Below are positions 1-9,357 of a stretch of DNA of 43,517 nucleotides, in pieces. Numbering within the stretch: position 1 is the stretch's first letter; each line of letters opens with the position of its first letter. This DNA comes from Oscillospiraceae bacterium (lineage in GTDB: Bacteria > Bacillota_I > Bacilli_A > RFN20 > CAG-826), in NCBI GenBank assembly GCA_963644615.1, contig CAVIPP010000001.1, forward strand, positions 31,120 through 74,636, written 5' to 3'. A program made the translations under genes and the position numbers. The notes beneath the pieces were generated by a model, which ran no database searches, was not told where the DNA came from, and worked only from the letters and a program-made list of their open reading frames with translations.

Positions 1-637
1 CTTCATAATTAGTGCTAAAAATATCTTTGATTAAATTCTTTGTGCAAATCTTTTTAGCAATTTCTAATAGAGGCTTTAAATCATACATTGGTGAATTAGT
101 GCATACACAAGAAATATTTACATCTGGTAAATTCTTAATTCCAAAGAAATCCTGTGCTTCTTTACATTTATAGATAATCTCAGTTAGAAGAGCTAGATGG
201 CCACCAGCAGAATCACCCATTAAACATAGTTTTTCAGTATCTAATTTATAATAAGTTCGATATTGTCTTAAAAAGTTCAAGCACCAAAAGATATCGTGAA
301 TTTGCTCGATTAAACCAATACCCTTCTTATGGTCAGCAAGTCGATAATTCATATTAATAACTGTGAAGCCTTTGCTCACGAAATAGGATGCAAAAATTTG
401 TGATTCTTCTTTATAACCCGAAATATAAGCTCCACCATGAATATTTAAAATCGTAATACCATTTGAATTAGTAGCAGGATAGATAATGTCTAATTTATGT
501 TCTCTAATTTCATCATCTTTATAAGAAACGTCACCACGTATATTAATATTTCCAAAAGTTCTGACGTTTTTGAGCAGTTTAGCGTCGCCTTTTTCCATTA
601 ATTTATTGAAAATGAATTTTGGAACTTTGATAAACAT
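1..637 (-). CDS. alpha/beta hydrolase, fold-3 (hormone-sensitive-lipase-like esterase); C-terminal part cut off by the window edge
   Basis: My own translation of the minus strand from the ATG at 637..635 gives MFIKVPKFIFNKLMEKG...ILNIHGGAYISG (HGG oxyanion motif)...LCLMGDSAGGHLA (GDSAG nucleophile elbow). The frame stays open to base 1. It is missing from the supplied track because it is incomplete. Confidence 0.7.
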   Translation of the reverse strand, partial: MFIKVPKFIFNKLMEKGDAKLLKNVRTFGNINIRGDVSYKDDEIREHKLDIIYPATNSNGITILNIHGGAYISGYKEESQIFASYFVSKGFTVINMNYRLADHKKGIGLIEQIHDIFWCLNFLRQYRTYYKLDTEKLCLMGDSAGGHLALLTEIIYKCKEAQDFFGIKNLPDVNISCVCTNSPMYDLKPLLEIAKKICTKNLIKDIFSTNYE

Positions 638-709
638 ATTGTTATTGTATCACACCACTTATAATATGTTTCTTCGTTTTACGAAAAAATAGATTAAAAT
701 AAATAATGT

Positions 710-1873
710 ATGAACGCTGTCTACAAAAAAAGATTTTGGAAAAGTCTCATAATTTTAGCTATTCTAGTCACTATTTTAATTATTCTCTTATTACTTAGAC
801 TTTCTAGTGATGTTTGTGAATGGTGGAGCAAAACAATATCGAGAACTTACTATTATCTAGTTGCGCCTTTATCAAAATATTTTCCGTTTTCCCTAACTGA
901 GGTGTTTCTTATATGCGCAATTATAGGAGTTATCATTTGGCTAATCCTAGTTATTAGACATCTACATAGACTTTCTTTTAGAGGTTCAAGTCATCTCTGG
1001 ATTAATATTTTAACGATCATTACTGCTTTTTTAATTAGTTATGTTGGTACGGCAGGTATGAATTATAATCGATATCCTGTTGATATACCTCTTTATGAGG
1101 ATGAGCCAATTGAAGACGGGCAACTACTTTATGATATCGTGAAATATTATCACGACGAATATAACGCATGCGCTACTCAGTTAGGTTTTAACAATGAAAC
1201 AGGCGAAGTAAATAAACCATATAGTGTTGAACAACTTAATGTCATTTTAGAAGATGAATATGCAAAATTAGATAGTAATTACTTTTCTAAATACACTACT
1301 AAGGTAAAACCAATGTATTTATTAGGATGGCTATATAGAGAATTTCAAATTACAGGATTTTCTTTCTCACCGTTATCAGAAGCAAGTGTAAATACACTTT
1401 GCACAAATTCAGAACTTCCTTTTTCAATGGCTCATGAACTAGCCCATTCCAAAGGAGTTATGAGAGAAGATGATGCAAATTTAGTTGCAGCCTACATATG
1501 TTTATCTAGTAGTGATGCTTATTTAAAATATTCGGCACTTTGTCGAGTTTATACAAGTATTACTCCTTTTGCAAAAGCGTCTAATATTGAAGGAGCACAA
1601 AAAGAATTAGCCACCACGCTTGATAATAGGATAAGTAAAGATAGACAATATACTGCCTCATATTGGGAAAAACATGATTTACTCGAAAAGACATCAGATT
1701 TTTTTAATGATTTATATTTAAAAATAGCTGGAAATCAATCAACAGATAATTATATAGACCACACAACAACAATAATTATTAACAATAACGATGGCACAAA
1801 AACATATAAGATTTCACTATATTCACCATATCAGAAAATGTGCATTGCCTTATATCAAAAAACACACCCATAA
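710..1873 (+). CDS. DUF3810-like putative membrane zinc metallopeptidase
   Basis: 387-aa ORF with N-terminal hydrophobic helices (ILAILVTILIILLLL, VFLICAIIGVIIWLILVI, ILTIITAFLISYV) followed by the zincin motif HELAH in FSMAHELAHSKGVMRED. The family name is from memory and was not searched. Confidence 0.6.
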   Translation: MNAVYKKRFWKSLIILAILVTILIILLLLRLSSDVCEWWSKTISRTYYYLVAPLSKYFPFSLTEVFLICAIIGVIIWLILVIRHLHRLSFRGSSHLWINILTIITAFLISYVGTAGMNYNRYPVDIPLYEDEPIEDGQLLYDIVKYYHDEYNACATQLGFNNETGEVNKPYSVEQLNVILEDEYAKLDSNYFSKYTTKVKPMYLLGWLYREFQITGFSFSPLSEASVNTLCTNSELPFSMAHELAHSKGVMREDDANLVAAYICLSSSDAYLKYSALCRVYTSITPFAKASNIEGAQKELATTLDNRISKDRQYTASYWEKHDLLEKTSDFFNDLYLKIAGNQSTDNYIDHTTTIIINNNDGTKTYKISLYSPYQKMCIALYQKTHP

Positions 1874-1890
1874 TAGCGAGTGTGTTTTTT
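1859..1890. terminator. bidirectional intrinsic terminator between the convergent DUF3810 gene and metG
   Basis: Hairpin aacacac(1861-1867)/gtgtgtt(1880-1886), flanked by an A-run upstream and a T-run (1885-1890) downstream. Confidence 0.5.
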
Positions 1891-1897
1891 AATCAAT

Positions 1898-3478
1898 TTA
1901 CTTCATTGATAAAGATGAAATATATTCGGTTTCATTTTTTTGATCAAGTCGAGGGAATAATGGTGTCCCTTTACTAACCTTATTACCAGCATAAGGACAA
2001 AATTTATAAGCAAATTCATAATCTCTTTGAGATTCATTTAATCCAAATTGATCAAAAACTTTTAAAGATGATTCCACCAAAACTGGCGATAATAGTTTTG
2101 TCGCAACAATTATTGAATTGGTTAACACAGCCATAACATTTGAAAGTTCATCGATTTTTCCTTCCTTAGAAAGATTCCATGGCTGACTATCTTCAATAAA
2201 TTTATTGGCAATGCTTAATAATTCAGTCGCGTTAGAAAGTGCTTCACTGATCTTTAAATCGTCCATTAATTCTTCATAATTTTTAACAATTTTTTCAGTG
2301 GATAATTGTATTTCAATTACTTTTTGATTTGGATTAGTTAATTCAGGGACAACACCGTCGAAATATTTATTTATCATCGCAGATGTTCTATTAACTAAAT
2401 TCCCAAAATTGTTTGCTAAATCAACATTTACTCTGTCAACAAATAACTCTGGAGAGAATCTTCCATCACTACCAAAAGAAAATTCACGAGCTAAGAACCA
2501 ACGAACACAATCAACTCCATATCTATCAATCAATGGTAGTGGGGAAACAACGTTTCCTCTTGATTTAGACATTTTCTCACCATTTAAATCAAGTAAACCA
2601 TGAACAAAAACTCGATCTGGCACTCTTAGACCTAGTCCCATTAAAAACATTGGCCAATATATGACGTGAAATCGAGAGATATCCGCTCCAACGACATGGA
2701 CAATTTCACAATCAGGATCTTCCCAAAACTTTTTAAAATTTTCTTGGTTATCAGAATCATATCCTAACGCTGAAATATAATTTGTGAGTGCATCCATCCA
2801 AACATAAACGACATGTTTTGGGTTTTCTCTAATTTGAATACCCCAATCGAATGATGTACGAGAAACACATAAATCATCTAAACCAGGTTTAATAAATGTG
2901 TTCATCATTTCGTTTTTACGATTTATTGGAAGGATAAATTTAGGGTTTTTCTCCATTATATCGAGCAATTGTGGTAAATATTTTTGTGTTTTAAAAAAAT
3001 AAGCTTCTTCACTAGCTTTATGAACTGGTCGATGACAATCTGGGCATAGATGATCCGCTCCGACTTGAGTGTCTGTCCAAAACGATTCGCATGGAATACA
3101 ATACCAGCCTTCGTAATTACCTAAATAAATATCGCTATTGTTATATAATTTTGTAAAAACATCTTGAACAACTTTGATGTGTCTTTCTTGCGTTGTACGA
3201 ATGAAATCATTGTTTGAGATTTTCATTGCTTTCCAAAGATTTTTAAAATTTTCAGCGATTTCATCAACAAATTGCTGAGGACTAACTCCTTTAGCTTCAG
3301 CGTTTTTTTGAATTTTTTCACCGTGTTCATCAGTACCAGTTAAAAAGAAAGTTTCTACACCACGCATTCGTTTATAGCGTGCTAAAATATCACACATCGT
3401 CGTACAGTAGGCATGACCAATATGTGCGTTTGCGCTAGGATAATAAATAGGGGTAGTAATATAGAATCTTTTTTTCAT
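1898..3478 (-). CDS. metG: methionine--tRNA ligase (short form, no C-terminal tRNA-binding domain)
   Basis: 526 aa with class-I motifs HIGH (NAHIGHAY) and KMSKS (EKMSKSRGN), plus Zn-knuckle cysteines CIPCE...CPDCH. Confidence 0.97.
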   Translation of the reverse strand: MKKRFYITTPIYYPSANAHIGHAYCTTMCDILARYKRMRGVETFFLTGTDEHGEKIQKNAEAKGVSPQQFVDEIAENFKNLWKAMKISNNDFIRTTQERHIKVVQDVFTKLYNNSDIYLGNYEGWYCIPCESFWTDTQVGADHLCPDCHRPVHKASEEAYFFKTQKYLPQLLDIMEKNPKFILPINRKNEMMNTFIKPGLDDLCVSRTSFDWGIQIRENPKHVVYVWMDALTNYISALGYDSDNQENFKKFWEDPDCEIVHVVGADISRFHVIYWPMFLMGLGLRVPDRVFVHGLLDLNGEKMSKSRGNVVSPLPLIDRYGVDCVRWFLAREFSFGSDGRFSPELFVDRVNVDLANNFGNLVNRTSAMINKYFDGVVPELTNPNQKVIEIQLSTEKIVKNYEELMDDLKISEALSNATELLSIANKFIEDSQPWNLSKEGKIDELSNVMAVLTNSIIVATKLLSPVLVESSLKVFDQFGLNESQRDYEFAYKFCPYAGNKVSKGTPLFPRLDQKNETEYISSLSMK

Positions 3479-3553
3479 AGTGCTTCAACCTTTCTAATAA
3501 ACGGTATCACATAATATTAATATTCACTAATAATTATTATAACTTAATTTATT

Positions 3554-3581
3554 TTAAAAAAATCCACTTTTCAGTGGATTT
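3554..3581 (-). terminator. intrinsic terminator of rpmE
   Basis: aatccact(3561-3568) tttc agtggatt(3573-3580). On the minus strand the stem is followed by a 7-T run (A-run 3556-3562 on the plus strand). Confidence 0.8.
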
Positions 3582-3599
3582 AAATTACTCTTAATCAGA

Positions 3600-3806
3600 T
3601 TATTTCTTTGTTCCGTATTTTTTATTGAAACGATCAATTCTACCATCGGATTGAACAAATCTTTGTTTACCAGTGTAGAATGGATGACAATTTGAACAAG
3701 TATCAACATGTAAATCAGGAGATGTTGAATGTGTCTCAAATGTCGCTCCGCAAGAAACACAAGTTACTTTAACCTTGTAAGTTTTTGGGTGAATATCTTT
3801 TTTCAT
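3600..3806 (-). CDS. rpmE: 50S ribosomal protein L31 (Zn-binding type)
   Basis: [28 protein letters not shown]...[13 protein letters not shown] start it at the internal ATG 3806..3804, which has a GGAAGGAG SD (3811-3819 on plus), instead of the 89-aa track ORF start. Confidence 0.95.
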   Translation of the reverse strand: MKKDIHPKTYKVKVTCVSCGATFETHSTSPDLHVDTCSNCHPFYTGKQRFVQSDGRIDRFNKKYGTKK

Positions 3807-3967
3807 AAAAACTCCTTCCGCCTTAGACCTCTTGGGTTCTAAAGAAAGTTGCATGTGAAATATTATCATTAAGTTTAATACTTAACAAGTTTTTATTTAT
3901 TTTAGTGAAAAATATAATTCTTTATAGATGTGAGAAAATAATCTAAAATAAATCGAAAATAAAATAT

Positions 3968-5503
3968 ATGAGTGAAATTAAAAAAATAATCATTATTGGA
4001 GCAGGTATCAGCGGACTTACAAGTGGCATCTATGGCCAAAAGAACGGCTTTTTAACTGAAATATTCGAAAAAAATCCATTACCGGGTGGCCTTTGCACAT
4101 CCTGGAAAAGAAAAGGATATTTAATCGATGGTTGTATCCATTGGCTAACCGGCACAAAGCACGGCACCGAATTAAATGAAATGTGGCATGATGTCGATGC
4201 TTTTGATGATGAAGATATTATTTATGAAGATAATTTTGGAACTATAGAAATATATGGTGAAAAGATTACTTTATGGACCGATTTAAATCGCCTCGAAGAG
4301 GACTTAATCAAGCTCTCGCCAATAGACACAAAACAAATTAAAAAATTGATTAAACTCATTATTAAAATTCAAAACATGAAACTTCCACTAGATTTGCCAA
4401 TATCGATTATGTCGATATGGAGACTAATGGAGGTTGGAGTCAAATTAACTCCATCACTATTTTCGTATTTTAGAAGTACAAGAATAACATGCGAAGAATA
4501 TGCGAAAAGATTTAAATCACCGATTATCAAATATATATTGACTCAAATTGTCCCTGGTCATAATAACTTATATTCTGCATTATTTGCTTATGGCACTGCA
4601 TGTGTTAATAACGGTGGCGTCCCAAAAGGTGGTTCAACATACATCATTAAGAGAATGGTTGAAAAATATCACACTGAAGGGGGAATAATACACTATAACA
4701 AAGAGGTTAAAAGAATTATTGTTATAGATGGCAAAGCAAAAGGAATCGAACTTAAAGATGGGACAATTCATAAAGCTGATTATGTAATATCCGCTCTTGA
4801 CTCAGCATATACTCTTAAAACTCTTTTAGAAGGAAAATACGACGATAAACCAATCAATAAAAGATTAATTAATACAAAGTATTATCCTCTTCCATCATGT
4901 GTAAATATTTCTTTTGTTGTCGATAATGAAAAATTTAATAAATTAGGGCTTACTTCCACATATCAATTCTTAACATCACCTTACAAAGTTGGGACCAGTA
5001 ACTTCTCGCTAATCAAATTGAGAGATTATTCATATGACCAAACATTTGTTAAGGATGGAAAATCGACACTGTCTGTGATGATTCATCAGGACGATGAAGA
5101 TTATCAATATTGGAAAAAATTAAAAGATAATCCAAGCGAATATAATCTTAAAAAACAAGATATTGCTAACAAAATTAAGCAATGTATCGTTGAAAAATTC
5201 CCTACATTGGAAGATAGCATTGAAATAATTGATGTCACTACACCACTTACGTATGAAAGATATTGCAACGCATATCATGGTGCCTACATGCCTTTCGCGT
5301 TCACTAGTGATGCAAGTTTACTGATGCACAGCGGTAAAATTAAAGGATTATCTAATTTCTATCTTTCTGGACAATGGACATTTATGCCAGGCGGACTTCC
5401 ATTTGCTTTAAGTTCAGGAAAGTTTTCTATTCAAAGAATACTTAAACAAGAAAAACGTCACTATAAAATTACACTTAGACGTTATCAACATTACTCTAGA
5501 TAA
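3968..5503 (+). CDS. FAD/NAD(P)-dependent oxidoreductase, phytoene-desaturase (CrtI)/amine-oxidase superfamily
   Basis: N-terminal Rossmann motif KKIIIIGAGISGLTSG...EKNPLPGG, 511 aa, and a C-terminal GQWTFMPGGLPFALSSG typical of COG1233-type enzymes. The substrate is unknown. Confidence 0.75.
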   Translation: MSEIKKIIIIGAGISGLTSGIYGQKNGFLTEIFEKNPLPGGLCTSWKRKGYLIDGCIHWLTGTKHGTELNEMWHDVDAFDDEDIIYEDNFGTIEIYGEKITLWTDLNRLEEDLIKLSPIDTKQIKKLIKLIIKIQNMKLPLDLPISIMSIWRLMEVGVKLTPSLFSYFRSTRITCEEYAKRFKSPIIKYILTQIVPGHNNLYSALFAYGTACVNNGGVPKGGSTYIIKRMVEKYHTEGGIIHYNKEVKRIIVIDGKAKGIELKDGTIHKADYVISALDSAYTLKTLLEGKYDDKPINKRLINTKYYPLPSCVNISFVVDNEKFNKLGLTSTYQFLTSPYKVGTSNFSLIKLRDYSYDQTFVKDGKSTLSVMIHQDDEDYQYWKKLKDNPSEYNLKKQDIANKIKQCIVEKFPTLEDSIEIIDVTTPLTYERYCNAYHGAYMPFAFTSDASLLMHSGKIKGLSNFYLSGQWTFMPGGLPFALSSGKFSIQRILKQEKRHYKITLRRYQHYSR

Positions 5504-5526
5504 ATTTGTTTTTAGTGTATATTTTC

Positions 5527-5553
5527 TTTTGCATTTAAAATGCAAATTTTTTT
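5527..5553 (+). terminator. probable intrinsic terminator after the oxidoreductase gene
   Basis: ttttgcattt/aaaatgcaaa palindrome (5527-5546) followed by a T7 run (5547-5553). The stem is AT-rich and therefore weak. Confidence 0.45.
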
Positions 5554-5558
5554 AATTG

Positions 5559-5567
5559 TGGTAAAAT
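5559..5567 (+). promoter_or_regulatory. extended -10 promoter element (TGgTAAAAT) for tldD-pmbA
   Basis: TGG TAAAAT at 5559-5567, 28 nt upstream of the tldD ATG. A strong SD, AAAGGAGG, lies at 5581-5588. Confidence 0.4.
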
Positions 5568-5594
5568 CATTTAGAAAATAAAAGGAGGTCATCT

Positions 5595-6992
5595 ATGATT
5601 AGCAAAAAACAAGCAATTGAAATACTCAATGCCGGTTTATCAACAGGTGCAGACTACGCTGAAATATTTATCGAAGATAAAGAAACAGAAAATATCGTTA
5701 TTGAAAATGGTAAAGTTGATCAATCAACAATTGTACACACCTATGGTGCAGGCATTAGATTACTTAATAAATTACAAAGTGTCTATGGTTACACAAATGA
5801 TGTCACAAAAAAAGGATTATTAGAATTAGCAAACAACCTAGCAAGTTCTTTTAACGGCAAGCAAGAATTAACTGTTTCAAATTTAAAAATTAAAAAAGTG
5901 AAAGATATGCATCATAGGGAAAGATTATCAAAAGACGTAAACCCTTCCGAAAAAATAAATTATCTTCTTGATGGAGATAAAGTGATGCATGAATTTGATA
6001 AAAGAATAGTGCGAACCAAAGAATCATTTTCAAACACTTATTCAAAAGTGACTTTAATAAATTCAAAGGGCTTTATTTTTAAAGACGAAAAAGAAAGAAG
6101 TCGTGTTGCTTTAATTTGTATAGCCGCTGAAGAAGATAAAATCGAAACAGGATTTATGGGTCCAGGCACAAGTGGTGGATTTGAATATTTTCTAAAGAAT
6201 ATCGATATCAAAAAATTAGCTCATAAAGCCGCTAAACAAGCAATCACTATGCTCACAGCCAAAGAATGCCCAAGCGGTAGAATGACTGTTGTTATAGGCA
6301 ATGGGGATGGTGGAGTTATATTTCACGAAGCATGTGGACACGCTCTTGAAGCAAGTTCTGTCAGTAAAAACCTATCTGTCTTTGCTAATAAACTAGGTCA
6401 ACAAATTGCTTCACCAATCGTTAACGCTATCGATGATGGAACAATAATAAACGAATGGGGCTCAAACAATATTGATGATGAAGGAAATAAGACACAAAAG
6501 ACACAATTAATTAAAAACGGTATCTTAACTTCTTACCTTATTGATGATTTTAACGGTCGTAGAATGAACGCTAAAGGCAATGGTGCCTGCCGTCGACAAT
6601 CATATAAATTTGAACCAACATCAAGAATGGCAAATACATATATTTGTCCAGGAAAATCAACTCCTGAAGAAATAATTGCTGCAACAAAATTAGGCTTATA
6701 TGCCGCTTCACTTAGTGGTGGATCGGTTAATCCTACAACTGGTGAATTTAATTTCGGTTGCTCAGAAGCATATATTATTCGAGACGGAAAAATATGCGAA
6801 CCTGTTAGAGGTGCCTCACTTATTGGTTCAGGTGCAGAAGTATTAATGAATATAGATATGATTGGCAACGATTTAGAGATGTCGCAAGGTTTGTGTGGAG
6901 CAGCCAGTGGTTCAATACCAGTAGATATTGGGCAACCTACTATCAGAGTCCAAAACATACTCGTCGGTGGAAACGGAGGACAATTAAAATGA
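5595..6992 (+). CDS. tldD: metalloprotease TldD
   Basis: 465 aa with the HExxxH-type motif VIFHEACGHALE and a Gly-rich C-terminus. It is directly coupled to pmbA through an ATGA overlap. Confidence 0.92.
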   Translation: MISKKQAIEILNAGLSTGADYAEIFIEDKETENIVIENGKVDQSTIVHTYGAGIRLLNKLQSVYGYTNDVTKKGLLELANNLASSFNGKQELTVSNLKIKKVKDMHHRERLSKDVNPSEKINYLLDGDKVMHEFDKRIVRTKESFSNTYSKVTLINSKGFIFKDEKERSRVALICIAAEEDKIETGFMGPGTSGGFEYFLKNIDIKKLAHKAAKQAITMLTAKECPSGRMTVVIGNGDGGVIFHEACGHALEASSVSKNLSVFANKLGQQIASPIVNAIDDGTIINEWGSNNIDDEGNKTQKTQLIKNGILTSYLIDDFNGRRMNAKGNGACRRQSYKFEPTSRMANTYICPGKSTPEEIIAATKLGLYAASLSGGSVNPTTGEFNFGCSEAYIIRDGKICEPVRGASLIGSGAEVLMNIDMIGNDLEMSQGLCGAASGSIPVDIGQPTIRVQNILVGGNGGQLK

Positions 6993-8320
6993 AATTAAAT
7001 GAGAAGAAATTTTTCGAACTCGCTAAAGAAAACGGGTTCGAAGCAGCAGATTTAAATTACAATCAGTCCCATTCCTTATCGATTGAAGTTTTTCATGGTG
7101 AAGTTAGTTCATTTTCACAAAATGATGGTGCAGTTTTGTCTGCTAGAGGAATCATTAATGGCAAATTCGGTGGAGTTGTTACTGAAATAATCGATAAAAA
7201 CACTCCTGAATATTTGATTAATGGCATTAAGAAAACTGCAAGTGTCATTCAATCAGATAATCCAAGTATTATTTTTAAGGGCAGCAAAAAATATCATAAA
7301 AAGAACTTATATAACAAAGATCTTCTAGGTAAGCCAACTAAAGAAAAAATTGAATTACTATTAGAAATTGAAAAAAAGCTCTTCGCTTACGACAAAAGAA
7401 TTGTTGAAGTTGCCGCAGTTGGTTATTCTGAAACCGGAAGTTTTAATCAATTATCAAATTCTTATGGCTTAAAACTTAAACAACAATCTTGTTATTATGA
7501 TTTTTATGCTGAGGTAACCGCTAAAGAAGGTGACGAAATAAGAACTGGATATTCCGTATTCGCCTCTGATAAATTTGATGAATTTGATATTGATAAATTT
7601 GTTGAAAAAGTTGCTAAGGATGCTTTAAATAAACTAGGTAGTAAGCAATGTGCAAGCAAAAAATATCCAGTTGTATTAAATCCAAAAAGTGCTTCTTTAC
7701 TAACAATGTATTATTTACAATCTGCTGATGCAGAAGAAGTTCAAAAACATTCATCTTTATTTGTAGATAAATTGCACAAACAAGTTGCAAGTAAGAAATT
7801 TAGTGTCATCGAAAATCCTTTATTAGAAAACATTATGTTTAGATATTTTGATGATGAAGGAGTTGCAACAAGTAAGAAGTTTATTATTAAAAAAGGTGTT
7901 CTTGAAACATACCTATACACCTTAGAAACAGCCCAAAAAGATAATGTTGAACCAACCGGAAACGGATATCGAGGCTCTGGGAGAGCGCACGCTGATATTG
8001 TTAATGCAATTATTAAGCCTGGTAAAAAGAGCGAAGAACAACTATTTAGTGAAATTAAAGAAGGTGTCTATATCACAAATCTAGAAGGGCTCCACGCTGG
8101 AATGAATGCTAAATCGGGTAATTTCTCATTACAGTCCGAAGGATTTATGATTAGAGATGGAAAATTAGCTGAACCACTTTCCCTAATTACATTAGCAGGA
8201 AATTTAACTGATTTATTTATGAATGTGAAAGATGTTGCTAACAATTCTGAATTTAATCTTAGTAGTGGTATAACCTCACCAAGTATCAGAATTAAAAAAT
8301 TAGCAGTAAGTGGTAAATAA
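6989..8320 (+). CDS. pmbA: TldE/PmbA family protease partner
   Basis: Starts at MKLNEKKFFELAKENGF (ATG 6989-6991, overlapping the tldD TGA). It is a TldD paralogue lacking the HExxxH motif, in the typical tldD-pmbA pairing. The upstream extension of the track ORF from 6893 lies inside tldD. Confidence 0.88.
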   Translation: MKLNEKKFFELAKENGFEAADLNYNQSHSLSIEVFHGEVSSFSQNDGAVLSARGIINGKFGGVVTEIIDKNTPEYLINGIKKTASVIQSDNPSIIFKGSKKYHKKNLYNKDLLGKPTKEKIELLLEIEKKLFAYDKRIVEVAAVGYSETGSFNQLSNSYGLKLKQQSCYYDFYAEVTAKEGDEIRTGYSVFASDKFDEFDIDKFVEKVAKDALNKLGSKQCASKKYPVVLNPKSASLLTMYYLQSADAEEVQKHSSLFVDKLHKQVASKKFSVIENPLLENIMFRYFDDEGVATSKKFIIKKGVLETYLYTLETAQKDNVEPTGNGYRGSGRAHADIVNAIIKPGKKSEEQLFSEIKEGVYITNLEGLHAGMNAKSGNFSLQSEGFMIRDGKLAEPLSLITLAGNLTDLFMNVKDVANNSEFNLSSGITSPSIRIKKLAVSGK

Positions 8321-8343
8321 ATCTCTAATAATCTAATTAAATT

Positions 8344-8368
8344 AAAAACCGTCTAAACGACGGTTTTT
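8344..8368. terminator. bidirectional intrinsic terminator (pmbA / degV convergent)
   Basis: aaaaaccgtc taaac gacggttttt: the GC core ccgtc/gacgg is flanked by A5 and T5. Confidence 0.8.
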
Positions 8369-8404
8369 ATTATTCAAAAATAATAAATTACAAAAATATT
8401 CAAT

Positions 8405-9262
8405 TTACTTTTTAATGTAAAGAACGCCAATAGTGCCAGGACCACAATGGCAAGAAACAACACAGCCAGCGCGAGTGTGTCTAATAATACTAGGATCAAC
8501 TAATTTAGCAACTTCATCATGAAAATATTTTTTATCTTCAGGTGAAACACCAGAATCGGTAATCATAATATTATCCATATCGACATTTGGGAGATCGTTT
8601 TTAAGTTCTTGAATTTGCTCATCAATTCCAGCTTTAAGTTTTCCTCGAGGTTTTTTATAAACAATCATCCCACCATCAACAACCTTAATAACTGGGTGAA
8701 CATGGAATAAATGACCAAATAGTTTGGTTGCACCAGAGCATCTTCCGCCTTTATGCAAATAATCTAGTTTATCAACAACGAATTGTGCAGAGACTTTTTC
8801 CACAAGAGGACTTACTAAATCAAATATTTCCTTAGCAGATTTGCCTTCATCACGATATTTGCACATCTTCAAAACAAGTAACCCAGTCCCAGAACTTAGA
8901 TTAGCGGAATCTAATACAAAAATTCTATCTTTGGCTCCTTCAATTGAATTTTTTGCTATGTTCGCATTTTGGTATGTAGTGGACATTTTTTGACCAATAC
9001 CTGTGAACAAAATGTCATAACCTTCATCAATATATTTTTGAAATGCTTTCTCTATAATTGCAGGTGGCACCGCTGCGGTATGAGGAAGAACATTTGTTTG
9101 TTCAATTTTTTTATACATTTCGTCAGGAGTGATAGTCACACTATCTTCATAAGTTTCTTCATTAAAATTAACCGTTAATGGAAGAACATCTAAATTTAAT
9201 GATTCATACATGTCTTTATTTAAATCAACAGTTGAATCAACAATTATTTTAACTTTATTCAT
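8405..9262 (-). CDS. DegV family fatty-acid-binding protein
   Basis: 285 aa. The N-terminus KIIVDSTVDL and overall length are typical of the DegV/EDD fold family. Confidence 0.88.
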   Translation of the reverse strand: MNKVKIIVDSTVDLNKDMYESLNLDVLPLTVNFNEETYEDSVTITPDEMYKKIEQTNVLPHTAAVPPAIIEKAFQKYIDEGYDILFTGIGQKMSTTYQNANIAKNSIEGAKDRIFVLDSANLSSGTGLLVLKMCKYRDEGKSAKEIFDLVSPLVEKVSAQFVVDKLDYLHKGGRCSGATKLFGHLFHVHPVIKVVDGGMIVYKKPRGKLKAGIDEQIQELKNDLPNVDMDNIMITDSGVSPEDKKYFHDEVAKLVDPSIIRHTRAGCVVSCHCGPGTIGVLYIKK

Positions 9263-9306
9263 ATCTTAATTACCTTCAAACTAGGATAATTATAATATTA
9301 ATGGTG

Positions 9307-9334
9307 TTGCTTTCCAAATAAACTAAATTATAAT
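9307..9334 (+). promoter_or_regulatory. sigma-A-type promoter candidate for mscL
   Basis: TTGCTT (9307-9312), 16-nt spacer, TATAAT (9329-9334), about 24 nt upstream of the ATG at 9358. Confidence 0.45.
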
Positions 9335-9357
9335 TGAGGAGCATAGAGGTAAATTAT

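Noticed and set aside
3479-3553. T-box leaders upstream of the aminoacyl-tRNA synthetase genes metG and serS.
   Set aside because: The metG upstream spacer is only about 75 nt before the rpmE terminator. The serS start overlaps the preceding gene. Neither leaves room for a T-box of about 200 nt or more, and I saw no T-box consensus (AANNNGGGTGGNACCGCG).
3554-3760. Same-strand overlapping or out-of-frame ORFs: 3554-3760 over rpmE, 5617-5823 in tldD, 12508-12735 in the ADH gene, 13865-14134 in psuG, several in gyrA/gyrB, 30476-30688 in yidC, 31181-31372 in jag, 38179-38565 in ppdK and 40446-40784 in the FGGY kinase.
   Set aside because: These are alternative frames of genes whose primary frame carries the conserved motifs. 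I see no evidence for programmed frameshifting or nested genes.
6533-6958. Long antisense ORFs nested in well-supported genes: 2409-2603, 6533-6958, 8969-9178, 10853-11068, 13330-13629, 13696-13953, 14529-14771, 18366-18713, 19312-19575, 22792-23190, 25762-26088, 26092-26529, 32429-32653, 35577-35879, 38763-39041 and 42883-43263.
   Set aside because: Each lies wholly inside, and opposite to, a CDS with unmistakable family motifs. Their translations are Ser/Leu/Phe/Ile-rich low-complexity strings with no motif and no SD. Open antisense frames are expected opposite codon-biased genes.
6990-6992. Possibility that the organism reads TGA as Trp (Mollicutes code 4), given the AT-richness and the minimal SRP RNA.
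   Set aside because: TGA ends tldD (6990-6992), psuG (13278-13280), the TetR-like gene (12739-12741) and rnmV (34408-34410) at the expected protein lengths, each with a coupled downstream start. All conserved proteins are full length under the standard code.
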